Below are positions 1 through 9,142 of a stretch of DNA of 64,000 bases, piece by piece. The translations under genes were made by a program, and so were the position numbers. The notes under the pieces were generated by a model, which saw nothing but the letters and a program-made list of their open reading frames with translations, had not been told where the DNA came from and searched no databases. How positions within the stretch are numbered: position 1 is the first letter of the stretch; each line of letters begins with the position of its first letter. This DNA is from Alphaproteobacteria bacterium (GTDB lineage Bacteria; Pseudomonadota; Alphaproteobacteria; CALMVH01): assembly GCA_965199335.1 (NCBI GenBank), contig CBDAQZ010000004.1:128666-192665 (forward strand), read 5' to 3'.

Positions 1-448
1 AACCGGCGATGCGAAGCGGTTCACTTTCCCACAGCCCCTGCTGGGCCGTCCCGGCTGCGATTTCTCCTTTTCCGGCATGAAGACGGCGGCGCGGACGCTG
101 ATCCAGTCGCTGCCCCAGCCGCTCGGCCCCGGCGACCAGGCGGATGTCGCGGCCTCGTTCCAGGCCGCCATGGCGGGGATCATGGCCGATCGGGTACGCC
201 GGGCATTGAAGATGGTACCGGAGGTTTCGACCCTGGTCGTCGCCGGTGGCGTTGCCGCCAATACCGCCATTCGCGCCGCGCTGCAGGAGGTTTGTCTGCA
301 TGAGGGAATGACGCTGATCGCCCCACCCGCAGCCCTGTGCACCGATAATGCGGCGATGGTGGCCTGGGCCGGCCTGGAGCGATTGCAGCTGGGGCTGATC
401 GACGATCTGGATTTCGCGCCCAAGCCGCGCTGGCCACTGGCCGCATGA
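1..448 (+). CDS. tsaD: tRNA N6-adenosine threonylcarbamoyltransferase TsaD (Gcp/Kae1 family), C-terminal part; 5' end lies outside the window
   Basis: ORF 77..448 is in frame back to the window edge; the C-terminal motifs VVAGGVAANTAIRAAL...CTDNAAMVAWAG are typical of the TsaD/Gcp C-terminus; 4-nt overlap with the gpsA start. Confidence 0.75.
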   Translation, partial: TGDAKRFTFPQPLLGRPGCDFSFSGMKTAARTLIQSLPQPLGPGDQADVAASFQAAMAGIMADRVRRALKMVPEVSTLVVAGGVAANTAIRAALQEVCLHEGMTLIAPPAALCTDNAAMVAWAGLERLQLGLIDDLDFAPKPRWPLAA

Positions 449-1428
449 CCGCGCCGGTCGGCATCGTCGGTGCGGGCGCCTGGGGCACGGCGCTGGGCAT
501 CAGCCTGTCGCATGCCGGGCTGCACGTGGCGCTATGGGGCCGCGACGCCGCGCACCTGGCCGCCGACCGCCAGAATGTGCGCCACCTGCCGGACATCGAG
601 TTTCCCGAAAATCTCACGATCGTGCAGCATCTGGAGGCACTCAGCGGGTGCAGTACCGTGCTGCTTACCGTACCCGCCCAGACGATCCGGGAAATCTGCC
701 GCCTGCTGCTGCCGCATATCGAGCCCGAGTGCCGCATCGTCATCTGCGCCAAGGGAATAGAGCTTGCCACCGGCAGGTTGCTGTCCGAGATCGTGGCCGA
801 GGAGATGCCGCGCAATCCGGTCGCCGTCCTGTCGGGCCCCAGCTTCGCCGCCGAGGTCGCCTTGGGCAAGCCCACCGCCGCGACCATCGCCGCCCGCGAC
901 CGCTTCACCGCCGCCGCGCTGGCCGACCAGCTCAGCAATCCTTCCTTCCGGCTTTATCATTCCACCGATATCGTCGGCGTCCAGATGGCCGGGGCATTGA
1001 AGAACGTCGTGGCCATTGCCTGCGGCATCGTGACCGGCGTCGACCTGGGCGAGAATGCGCGCGCCGCCCTGATGACACGCGGGCTGGCCGAGATCAGCCG
1101 GCTGGCGACGCGGCTCGGCGGACGCGGCGAGACGTTCCTGGGCATGGCCGGGCTGGGCGACCTCGCACTCAGCTGCGCCAGCATGCAGTCGCGCAACTTC
1201 GCGCTCGGCTATCATGTCGGCCACGGCGCCAGCGCCGCCGGCGCCTCGCTCGGCATGGTGGTCGAGGGGATTGCGACGGCTGAGGCCGTCCTGACTTTGG
1301 CCAACCACTACAAGATCGACATGCCCGTCGCCAGCACCGTCCATGCCATCCTGTCCGGCGCCCTGTCGGTCGAGGACGCCATCCCCGTCCTGATGATGCG
1401 CCCGTTGCGCATGGAGTTCGAGGAGTGA
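445..1428 (+). CDS. gpsA: NAD(P)H-dependent glycerol-3-phosphate dehydrogenase
   Basis: 327 aa; N-terminal Rossmann GxGxxG (VGIVGAGAWGTALG); conserved GpsA blocks (LSGPSFAAEVA, KNVVAIACGI, GLGDLALSC). Confidence 0.9.
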   Translation: MTAPVGIVGAGAWGTALGISLSHAGLHVALWGRDAAHLAADRQNVRHLPDIEFPENLTIVQHLEALSGCSTVLLTVPAQTIREICRLLLPHIEPECRIVICAKGIELATGRLLSEIVAEEMPRNPVAVLSGPSFAAEVALGKPTAATIAARDRFTAAALADQLSNPSFRLYHSTDIVGVQMAGALKNVVAIACGIVTGVDLGENARAALMTRGLAEISRLATRLGGRGETFLGMAGLGDLALSCASMQSRNFALGYHVGHGASAAGASLGMVVEGIATAEAVLTLANHYKIDMPVASTVHAILSGALSVEDAIPVLMMRPLRMEFEE

Positions 1429-1435
1429 TGAATTA

Positions 1436-1532
1436 CCTCTCCCCGTGGGAGAGGTCGGCCGGGACGGACGGGTGAGGGGCTGATTGCAGCAGCGGCCAGC
1501 CCCTCACCCTACCCTCTCCCACAGGGAGAGGG
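1436..1532. repeat. Composite palindromic (REP-like) element: CCTCTCCCCGTGGGAGAGG, a GGGTGAGGGGCTG...CAGCCCCTCACCC hairpin, and CCCTCTCCCACAGGGAGAGGG
   Basis: Perfect or near-perfect hairpin-forming inverted repeats read directly in the gpsA/EVE intergenic region; the same core recurs at about 50630 and 59052-59158. Confidence 0.5.
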
Positions 1533-1557
1533 ATATTGACTGTTGAAAGATGGATAG

Positions 1558-1962
1558 ATGAACCATTGGCTTGTTAAATCGGAACCCGACGCCTGGTCCT
1601 GGGACCAGCAGGTCAAGGCCGGCACCACTGAATGGAGCGGCGTCCGCAATTACCAGGCCGCCAATAACCTGAAGGCGATGAAGAAGGGCGACCAGGCATT
1701 CTTCTACCACTCGAATGTCGGCAAGGAGATCGTCGGCATCGTCGAGATCGTGCGCGAAGCCTATCCCGATCCCGGCGATGCGGCCGGGCGGTTCGTGATG
1801 GTGGACGTAAAGGCGGTCGGTCCCCTGGCGCGGCCCGTGACCCTTGAGGAGATCAAGCGCGATCCGGCGCTGGAAAGCATGGCTTTATTGAAACAATCGC
1901 GCCTGTCGGTACAGCCGGTTACGGCGCAGGAATGGCGGCACATTTGCAAGATCGGGCTCTAG
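1558..1962 (+). CDS. EVE (PUA-like) domain protein
   Basis: 134 aa; WLVKSEPD...W...V.NYQA.N.L..MK.GD..FFYHS motif is characteristic of the EVE/ASCH-like PUA fold. Confidence 0.8.
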   Translation: MNHWLVKSEPDAWSWDQQVKAGTTEWSGVRNYQAANNLKAMKKGDQAFFYHSNVGKEIVGIVEIVREAYPDPGDAAGRFVMVDVKAVGPLARPVTLEEIKRDPALESMALLKQSRLSVQPVTAQEWRHICKIGL

Positions 1963-2036
1963 CCCTGGCTGGAAGCATTCGATTCGAAGCTTCCTGTCTC
2001 TGGAACCGCAACCGGTTTGCGGCCCAGATACGGAAG

Positions 2037-2282
2037 TCAGAAAATCTTGACGCGGGATTTCAGCTCGACGCCTGGCAGTGCTACGGTGCGGGCGATTTCT
2101 TCGCTGGCGCGCAATACGTGATGGGCGATGGCGCGGGCGTTGATTACACCTGCGAGGGTTCCGGTTTCCCGGCCTGCCGTACGCATGATCGCATCAAGTG
2201 CCTTGACGCTGGTCTGAACGCTCATCGATCCGAGTTCGGTGGCTAATCTTGCGACCTCCTCGACTGCTCCATCTTTCGCCAT
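2037..2282 (-). CDS. Hypothetical small alanine-rich protein (81 aa)
   Basis: ORF only; plausible codon usage and genome-like GC; no recognisable family. Confidence 0.3.
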   Translation of the reverse strand: MAKDGAVEEVARLATELGSMSVQTSVKALDAIMRTAGRETGTLAGVINARAIAHHVLRASEEIARTVALPGVELKSRVKIF

Positions 2283-2349
2283 GACCCTCTCCCATGTTCT
2301 ATGTTTGATATGATTACACCCGCCTAAGTAAAATCGGAGTTAAGCAGGC

Positions 2350-2961
2350 TTGAAGCAGTGGTTAACAAGTGAAGGCATAATTGCGGCAAGGACAGTGCTG
2401 CCCTGCGACGGCTTAGCGACTCTTTTTCCTGAATCGATGACTCAGGATAAAGCCGATCTTTTGCTTGATACGTTAATCCGCACTATTTCATGGCGAAATG
2501 AAACCGCGACCATCGTCGGCAAGCGCATTCCCCTGCCGCGCCTGACCGCATGGCATGGCGACAAACCCTACCGTTACAGCGGCATTACGCACGATCCGGC
2601 ACCCTGGACCCCAGCTTTGCTGGAATTGAAAACGATCGCCGAAACGACTGCCCAAACCGGCTTCAACAGCGTTCTTCTCAACCTGTACCGCAATGGCCGG
2701 GACAGCATGTCATGGCACGCGGACGACGAGCGCGAGCTGGGTCCCGATCCGGTAATTGCCAGTATTTCGCTGGGCGGTACGCGAAAATTCCAGATGCGGC
2801 ATAAGCGGGATAAAAATAAAAAAGTCGAAATTCTTCTGACCCACGGGTCATGCCTGGTCATGGCAGGCGGCATGCAGTCCCATTGGCTGCATCAAATTCC
2901 GAAAACGGCCCGCCCGGCCCAGCCGCGCATCAACCTGACATTCCGCCGCATCGTCGACTGA
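2350..2961 (+). CDS. AlkB-family 2OG-Fe(II) dioxygenase (alkylated-nucleic-acid demethylase-like)
   Basis: 203 aa; HxD...H iron triad context (SWHADDE ... HWLHQIP) and C-terminal RINLTFRRI, as in AlkB/ALKBH2-3. Confidence 0.8.
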   Translation: MKQWLTSEGIIAARTVLPCDGLATLFPESMTQDKADLLLDTLIRTISWRNETATIVGKRIPLPRLTAWHGDKPYRYSGITHDPAPWTPALLELKTIAETTAQTGFNSVLLNLYRNGRDSMSWHADDERELGPDPVIASISLGGTRKFQMRHKRDKNKKVEILLTHGSCLVMAGGMQSHWLHQIPKTARPAQPRINLTFRRIVD

Positions 2962-4449
2962 TCAAACCTTCTGAAACAGGAAGATCGTGCCATCGACCGG
3001 CTTGCCCACCTGCCTGCGCAGCATTACGTCGGTATCGCGCATCGCACGGAAGCCTTCCTTGCCGGCTGCCATTACATAGGATCGGGCGTGTTTGAAACGG
3101 CCATTGGCGATGACCATGAATTTGCGAGTGTCCTCGCTCGTTTCCAGGCTGAACATGAATAGCCCACCCGGCTTCAGCGCGCCATGGGCAGCGGCGAAAA
3201 CACCTTCCAGAGCACCGAAATAGATCAGTGAGTCAGCTGCGGCAATCAGGTCGAAACGTCCCCTTTGCCCGCCCATGAAGGCCAGCATGTCCTCTTTTAT
3301 CACGCTGTCGTAAAGACCGCTCGCGTCCGCCAGATCGACCATCAGGGGGGAAAGGTCGACGCCTATCAGGCTTCTGGCGAAGGGTTTCAGTACGCGGCCC
3401 AGCAGCCCGTTGCCGCAGCCCGCATCCAGCACATGGCCGCGCCATTCCGTACCGCCCGCATCGGTCAGCATCTTGCCCATATGTTCGGGAACGCGATAAT
3501 CGATCGAGCGCAGGAAGCTGGCATCGATCTGTCCAGCCACGCGGTCGAAATGATGCGCCAGATAGCTGTTCGGCGCGCGGACCAGCGGCTTGCCGGCATA
3601 GACCTGACGGAAATACAGCATGTCCTCGTCATCGGGATAATACTGCGCCCATTCCTCGACCAGCGCCTTGGCCGCATCCCTTTTCTCGAACGAGGCCAGG
3701 AAATTCAGAGCCCGGTTGAAGGCACTTAGCAGCACATTGTCGTCGGTCAGCGGCTTGGCAAATGCGGTGACGGCAGGCTCCGCCTCGCCATCGATCACAC
3801 CGGTCAGCATGGTCAGGAAATCGGCGTTTTCCTTATAGCCGATCTCATTGGGATCCAGAGTCGCCGCGGTCGCGTATTCGGTCAGGGCTTCATGCGGCTG
3901 TCCAAGCTGGAACAGGGTTGCCCCCAACGTCGCATGCAGCGTTGCGTTCCGCCCGCCCGCCTCGATCGCATGGCGCAGGTATTCCATCGCCTCGGTATAA
4001 TCCGCGCGTTCCAGCTCGATGCTGCCCAGCGCCATGAAGGCCTCGGCGGAGGTGGTGGCATGGCTTGCGGCAGTAGCCAGGGCTTCTTCGGCCTCCTCCA
4101 TTCTGCCGAGGCGCTTGAGCGAATAGGCTATGTTCAGCCATATCTGCGGCTGGTCCTGTTGCAGCGCCAGCGAGGCGCGGAAGGATTCCACCGCCCCCGA
4201 AAAATCTTTCTGCGCATCCAGCGCCACACCCAGATTGTTGTGATAGATCGCATGATCGGGGCGCAACGCCGCAGCGGCAGAGAAAGCCTTGACCGCCATC
4301 GAAGTGTCGCTGGCCTGGAACCGCTCCATGCCATATTGCTCCAGCGCCACCGCCGGATACTGCTTTTCACGCAACAGCTCAGCAATGCGCGGATTGCCGG
4401 CCGCCCAGTTCGGCAGCATGCTCAGCAGCTTTTCAGGATCGAGGGTCAT
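2962..4449 (-). CDS. TPR-repeat protein fused to a class I SAM-dependent methyltransferase domain
   Basis: 495 aa; N-terminal half has TPR-like helical repeats (AIYHNNLGVAL, AEAFMALGSIE); C-terminal half has methyltransferase motif I VLDAGCGNGLLG and motif post-I/II (DLIAAADSLIYF, LKPGGLFMFS). Confidence 0.75.
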   Translation of the reverse strand: MTLDPEKLLSMLPNWAAGNPRIAELLREKQYPAVALEQYGMERFQASDTSMAVKAFSAAAALRPDHAIYHNNLGVALDAQKDFSGAVESFRASLALQQDQPQIWLNIAYSLKRLGRMEEAEEALATAASHATTSAEAFMALGSIELERADYTEAMEYLRHAIEAGGRNATLHATLGATLFQLGQPHEALTEYATAATLDPNEIGYKENADFLTMLTGVIDGEAEPAVTAFAKPLTDDNVLLSAFNRALNFLASFEKRDAAKALVEEWAQYYPDDEDMLYFRQVYAGKPLVRAPNSYLAHHFDRVAGQIDASFLRSIDYRVPEHMGKMLTDAGGTEWRGHVLDAGCGNGLLGRVLKPFARSLIGVDLSPLMVDLADASGLYDSVIKEDMLAFMGGQRGRFDLIAAADSLIYFGALEGVFAAAHGALKPGGLFMFSLETSEDTRKFMVIANGRFKHARSYVMAAGKEGFRAMRDTDVMLRRQVGKPVDGTIFLFQKV

Positions 4450-4497
4450 TCTGCACTTTTAACCGCGATTACTGGCCAATCGGTTAAAGCCGTGGAA

Positions 4498-5712
4498 TTA
4501 TGACCGCATGGCTTCCATTGCCGCAACGAACCGCTCGAACAGGTAATGGCTGTCCTGCGGGCCGGGCGAGGCCTCGGGGTGGTACTGGACCGAGAATACG
4601 GGCTTGTCCTTGACCCTGAACCCCTCGTTCGAACCGTCGAACAGGCTGACATGCGTAACCTCGACGCTGTCCGGCAGCGTCTCGGGCAGCACCGCGAAGC
4701 CATGGTTCTGACTGGTGATCTCGACCTTGCCGGTCATCAGGTCCTTGACCGGGTGGTTGGCGCCGCGATGGCCGCGCGGCATCTTCGCCGTCTTGCCGCC
4801 CAGCGCCAGGGCCAGCAGCTGATGACCGAGGCAGATGCCGAATAGCGGCTTGCCGGTCGCAAGCAGGCCCTGGATCGTCGGCACGGCGTAAACGCCCGTC
4901 GCCGCCGGATCGCCCGGCCCGTTCGACAGGAAAATCCCGTCAGGCTCATGGCGCATGATATCCTCGACCGTCGCATCCGCCGGCACAACGGTGACATGGC
5001 AACCGGACGAAGCGAGAGCCCGCAATATATTACGCTTGGCCCCGTAATCGACCGCCACCACGCGATGGCGCGGCGCGGTCTGCGTGCCATAGCCGGTGCC
5101 CAGGTCCCAGCGCGTCTCGTTCCAGGTAGAGATCTGGCGCGAACAGACCTCGAGCGCCAGATCCATGCCTTCCAGCCCCGGCCATTTTTGCGATTGCGCC
5201 AGCAGGCCTTCGAGATCGAAGCGGCCATCGGGGGCATGCGCGATGACGCCGTTCGGCGCGCCGAGGTCGCGGATGCGCCGCGTCAGGCGGCGCGTATCGA
5301 TCCCGGCCAGCCCGATCAGCCCCCACGAATCCAGCCAGTCGTTGAAATGCCGCGTCGCCCGCCAGTTGGCCGGCTGGGTCAGATCGGTGCTGACGACCAG
5401 CCCGCGCGCGAACGGGGTCGTGGATTCGATATCCTCCGGATTGGCGCCGACATTGCCGATATGCGGAAAGGTGAAATTGATGATCTGCCCGGCATAGGAC
5501 GGATCGGTCAGGATTTCCTGGTAGCCAGTGATCGAAGTGTTGAAGCACACCTCCCCTACCGCCGCGCCCGCCGCGCCGATCCCGCGCCCCCAGAACACGC
5601 TGCCATCCGCCAGCACCAGGGCAGCCGTCGCGCCGTCGGGCTGGATGATCGGGGCTGAAAAGGATGGTCCTGGCGTGGGCAAGCGCTCCTCGCGCGCATC
5701 GTCAAGCGGCAT
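4498..5712 (-). CDS. carA: Carbamoyl-phosphate synthase small (glutamine amidotransferase) subunit
   Basis: 404 aa; FNTSITGYQEILTDPSY, GICLGHQLLALALG (class I amidotransferase catalytic Cys) and the HGFAV/YHPE region; true start may be internal or non-ATG. Confidence 0.9.
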   Translation of the reverse strand: MPLDDAREERLPTPGPSFSAPIIQPDGATAALVLADGSVFWGRGIGAAGAAVGEVCFNTSITGYQEILTDPSYAGQIINFTFPHIGNVGANPEDIESTTPFARGLVVSTDLTQPANWRATRHFNDWLDSWGLIGLAGIDTRRLTRRIRDLGAPNGVIAHAPDGRFDLEGLLAQSQKWPGLEGMDLALEVCSRQISTWNETRWDLGTGYGTQTAPRHRVVAVDYGAKRNILRALASSGCHVTVVPADATVEDIMRHEPDGIFLSNGPGDPAATGVYAVPTIQGLLATGKPLFGICLGHQLLALALGGKTAKMPRGHRGANHPVKDLMTGKVEITSQNHGFAVLPETLPDSVEVTHVSLFDGSNEGFRVKDKPVFSVQYHPEASPGPQDSHYLFERFVAAMEAMRS

Positions 5713-5771
5713 GGCGGACCTTCCGGGGCGAATTCGTGATGTACCTGAAGATGATTAGATAGAATACCGCG

Positions 5772-6080
5772 ATGGAAAATGCTAGGTGTCCCGCTCAACT
5801 TTTGGAGAAAATCCCAACGCGTCAACTCGCACCGGCATGGAGGCAGGCTATGGACATTATAATCGAGTTGGTTGTCCGTGAGGAAAATAAGCAAAAACTG
5901 GACGATATGATGACCAGGGAAGGGGTCGAGAAACCTGTCGATCTCCTGAACAGAGGTTTGCAGGTTTTGCATGATAGGCATCAAAGTTCTGTCGGCGGCG
6001 ACGCGGTAAGGCTGATGCAACGCGTTTTCGGTTTCAGGCCGGCTACATCTACAAAGCCGAAGCTAACGGTCGCGAAGTAA
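5772..6080 (+). CDS. Hypothetical small protein (102 aa) in an AT-richer intergenic region
   Basis: ORF only; its 3' end overlaps the 3' end of the convergent TPR-GT9 gene by 18 nt; could be spurious. Confidence 0.2.
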   Translation: MENARCPAQLLEKIPTRQLAPAWRQAMDIIIELVVREENKQKLDDMMTREGVEKPVDLLNRGLQVLHDRHQSSVGGDAVRLMQRVFGFRPATSTKPKLTVAK

Positions 6081-7604
6081 CGCCTCCGCAACCACCTGGA
6101 TCACATCGCCCCACTGGCCACGAACGCTCTGGCGGAAAATTCGCATCGTCGGATACCATACGGTCGCTTCGCCCTCGTTCAGCCATCGCCAGTCGGGCAT
6201 CATCGGGATCATCAGCCATACCGGCTTGCCGAGCGCGCCCGCCAGGTGACAGACCGAGGTATCGACCGTGATGACCAGGTCGAGCGCCAGGATCGCCGCC
6301 GCCGTCTGGGTGAAGTCGGTCAGTTCCGGCCCCAGCTTCACTAGGTTGCCGCGTCCGGACTCGTGATCCGCCGACGGGCCTTTCTGCAGCGAATAGAACG
6401 TCACATCCGGCGTATCCAGCAAGGGCCCCAGCATCTGCGCCGGGATGGAGCGCGCGAAATCGTTGAGGTTCTTCGGATTGCCCGCCCATACAAGGCCGAT
6501 TTTCAAACCATCGCCCGTCAATCGCGATTGCCACTGCGCAGCCTTCTTCGGCGCAACCTTTACATATGGCACGTCATTCGGAACCGTCGCCAGCGTCGTC
6601 GCGAAGCGTTCCGGCAGGCTCATGACGCCGACCCAGGCGGCGAAGGGCAGGTTGCCCTCCACTTCCAGCGGCGCATCGATGCGCGGGATGACGCGGATGT
6701 TGGGATGATCGAAGCCCTCGGCGAACAGCGTCGTCAGCTCGGGCAGCGTCTCGAACAATATGTCGTGGCCCTGCGCCGCTAGCAGCGGCACGTAGCGGGC
6801 GAACTGGATGATGTCGCCCAGCCCCTGCTCGGCGATGACCAGCAGCGTGCCGCCCAGTTCCTGCGGCGTCTCGCCGTGCCATACCGGCTGGCGGAACTGC
6901 CCGCGCGGTTCGCGGAAGCCGCCGTCGCGGTTCCAGCGCCACTCATATTCCTTCCAGCCCTCCGCCATGTCGCCCAGCCGCAACCGCAGCAACGCGCGTG
7001 AACAATGCGCCGATACGTTCCGCGGCTCGATTTCCAGCATGCGCGTATAGATCTCGATCGCCTGTTGCGACCGGCCGAGACCCGACAGGGCATTGGCCAC
7101 GTTCAGCAGCCCCGCAGGATCGTCCGGCTGTCCCAGCCGTTCGAGCGCCAGGGTGAAATCGGCGGCGGCTTCCAGATAGCGCCCCAACCGATCGAACGCC
7201 GAGCCGCGATTGATCAATACCGAAGTGAAATCGGGTTTCAGTTCCAGCGCGCGGGTATAGGGCGCCATCGTGTCGGCGAAGCGGCATTGTTCCTGCAGCG
7301 CGTTGCCCAGCTTGTTATAGGTTTCGGCCGCCTTGATCGTATTGCCTGCCGCTTCGTAGCTGAACGCCAGGTTCTGGAAATAATCGGGCACGCCCGGCTT
7401 CAGCATTATGGCCAGAGAGATGTATCGGATTGCCTCCTCGAAGTCCCCTTTGTGCGCGGACAGCAATCCCTTGAAGTGCCACAGATCGGGATCGTTCGGA
7501 TTTTCCTCGATCAGCTCCTGATAGATTTTCCCAGCCTCGTCGAAACGGCCTGCCTTGTGCAGCTCGGCGGCTTCGCGGAAGCGGGGATGTTCGAGCAGGC
7601 TCAT
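6063..7604 (-). CDS. TPR-repeat protein with C-terminal glycosyltransferase family 9 (heptosyltransferase)-like domain, paralog 4 of 4
   Basis: ORF 6063..7769; the likely start is MSLLEHPRFREAAELHKAGRFDEAG (M56), which gives an ATGA overlap with the upstream paralog's stop; N-terminal TPRs; GT9-like motif LVIAEQGLGDIIQFARYVPLLAAQGHDILFE and C-terminal TAAAILALDLVITVDTSVCHLAGALGKPVWLM. Confidence 0.8.
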   Translation of the reverse strand: MSLLEHPRFREAAELHKAGRFDEAGKIYQELIEENPNDPDLWHFKGLLSAHKGDFEEAIRYISLAIMLKPGVPDYFQNLAFSYEAAGNTIKAAETYNKLGNALQEQCRFADTMAPYTRALELKPDFTSVLINRGSAFDRLGRYLEAAADFTLALERLGQPDDPAGLLNVANALSGLGRSQQAIEIYTRMLEIEPRNVSAHCSRALLRLRLGDMAEGWKEYEWRWNRDGGFREPRGQFRQPVWHGETPQELGGTLLVIAEQGLGDIIQFARYVPLLAAQGHDILFETLPELTTLFAEGFDHPNIRVIPRIDAPLEVEGNLPFAAWVGVMSLPERFATTLATVPNDVPYVKVAPKKAAQWQSRLTGDGLKIGLVWAGNPKNLNDFARSIPAQMLGPLLDTPDVTFYSLQKGPSADHESGRGNLVKLGPELTDFTQTAAAILALDLVITVDTSVCHLAGALGKPVWLMIPMMPDWRWLNEGEATVWYPTMRIFRQSVRGQWGDVIQVVAEALLRDR

Positions 7605-9142
7605 GCGGCCAGCCTGTCGAGCTCGCGCCCGATCTGTGCAACCACGCCCGTCCAATCGTCCGGCTTCCTCTGCCGGAACAATCGGGTCTTCGGGTACCAC
7701 GGCATATCCCGGCGCTTCATCTGCATCCGCCAGTCGAGGATGCGCGGCATCATGATCCAGACCGGGCAATCGAGCGCGCCCGCCAGATGCGCGACGGACG
7801 AGTCGATGCTGATCACCAGATCCAGGTTCCCGATCGCGGCTGCCGTATCCGCGAAATCGTGCAATCGCTCGTCGAGCGATAAAATGTTCTGTGACGCGAA
7901 GACGTGGCGCGCCGCTTCGCCTTTCTGCAACGAATAGAAACGAACCTTGTCCCGCGCCAGCAGCGGTTCCAGCACATCCGGCGTCTGGATCGAGCGTATC
8001 CTGTCCAGCGGCGCGGCGGGGCCACCGCGCCAGACCAGGCCGACATTAATCCGCCCGTCGCGCGGCACGATGTCGCCCCACTGCGCGATACGCTGGGGCA
8101 ATACGGACAGATACGGCGTCTGCGCCGGTATGGTCTTAGGCGTGATGCCGAAGCGATGCGGCAGGCTCATCACGCTGACCAGAGCCACGAACGGCAAATC
8201 ACCGAACAGCTTACCCGAAGCTTGTCTAGGGATCACGCGGATGCGTGGCTGGTCGCGCCACGCTTCGCCGAACAGCGCGTGCAGTTCGGGCTGTACCTCG
8301 AACAGCACATCGTGCCCGCGCGCCGCCAGCAGCGGAACGTAGCGGGAGAAATGGATCGTGTCGCCCAGCCCCAGCTCCGCCAGCACCAGCAGAGGCCCCG
8401 CCAGGTCCGCCGGCGACTCGCCGCGCCATACGCGGCCCGACAATCCGGCCCTGGTCTCGTTGTGATGGACGCCGTCAACGCAGCGCCATTCGTATTCGGC
8501 GAAGCCGTCCACCAGATCGCCTTTCATAAGCAGCGCCAGCGACAGGCTGCGATGCGCTTCGATATTGCCGGGATACAGATCGATCGCCTTCCTGAAAGCC
8601 TTGGCCGCCCTCGACGGCTTGCCGAGGAAATAATGGCAGTTGCCGATGTTGGAGAGCACCAGGGACCGTTCCCGCGCATCCTTTAAGGTTCCTTCGACTT
8701 CACGCAGGATTCCCAGTGCGTTTTTATAGTCGCCGACCTCGTTCAGGGTCGCGGCATAATTGATCGCCGCCCAATGGTTCCGTGGGTCTTGAACCATGCC
8801 TTTCTGAAAGGCTTCTTTCGCCTGTAACAGCTGGCCACGCCGCTGCAGCCGAACGCCCTGTTCGTTGTAGTTATGCGACGCCTGCCTGGCATCGCCCGCC
8901 TGCTGGTGGCTGATCGCCAGACTTTGGTAGAACTCCGGTTCCTCCCGAATTTCTATCGCCTGCTCGATCAACGCGATCGCTTGCTTCTGATCGCCTGTAT
9001 GGCTGGCGAGCAGGCCACGAAAATGCAGCAGGTCGGGATCGCGCGGAAACTTCGCCGCAAGTGCGAGGTATTTCCGTTCCGCCTCGTCATGTCGGCCGCT
9101 TTGATGCAGGGCGACCGCTTCGGCCATTTCCGTCCTGTTCAT
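7601..9142 (-). CDS. TPR-repeat protein with GT9-like domain, paralog 3 of 4
   Basis: ORF 7601..9313; likely start MNRTEMAEAVALHQSGRHDEAERKY (M58) overlapping the upstream stop (ATGA); motif LLVLAELGLGDTIHFSRYVPLLAARGHDVLFE; C-terminal TAAAIGNLDLVISIDSSVAHLAGALDCPVWIM. Confidence 0.8.
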   Translation of the reverse strand: MNRTEMAEAVALHQSGRHDEAERKYLALAAKFPRDPDLLHFRGLLASHTGDQKQAIALIEQAIEIREEPEFYQSLAISHQQAGDARQASHNYNEQGVRLQRRGQLLQAKEAFQKGMVQDPRNHWAAINYAATLNEVGDYKNALGILREVEGTLKDARERSLVLSNIGNCHYFLGKPSRAAKAFRKAIDLYPGNIEAHRSLSLALLMKGDLVDGFAEYEWRCVDGVHHNETRAGLSGRVWRGESPADLAGPLLVLAELGLGDTIHFSRYVPLLAARGHDVLFEVQPELHALFGEAWRDQPRIRVIPRQASGKLFGDLPFVALVSVMSLPHRFGITPKTIPAQTPYLSVLPQRIAQWGDIVPRDGRINVGLVWRGGPAAPLDRIRSIQTPDVLEPLLARDKVRFYSLQKGEAARHVFASQNILSLDERLHDFADTAAAIGNLDLVISIDSSVAHLAGALDCPVWIMMPRILDWRMQMKRRDMPWYPKTRLFRQRKPDDWTGVVAQIGRELDRLAA

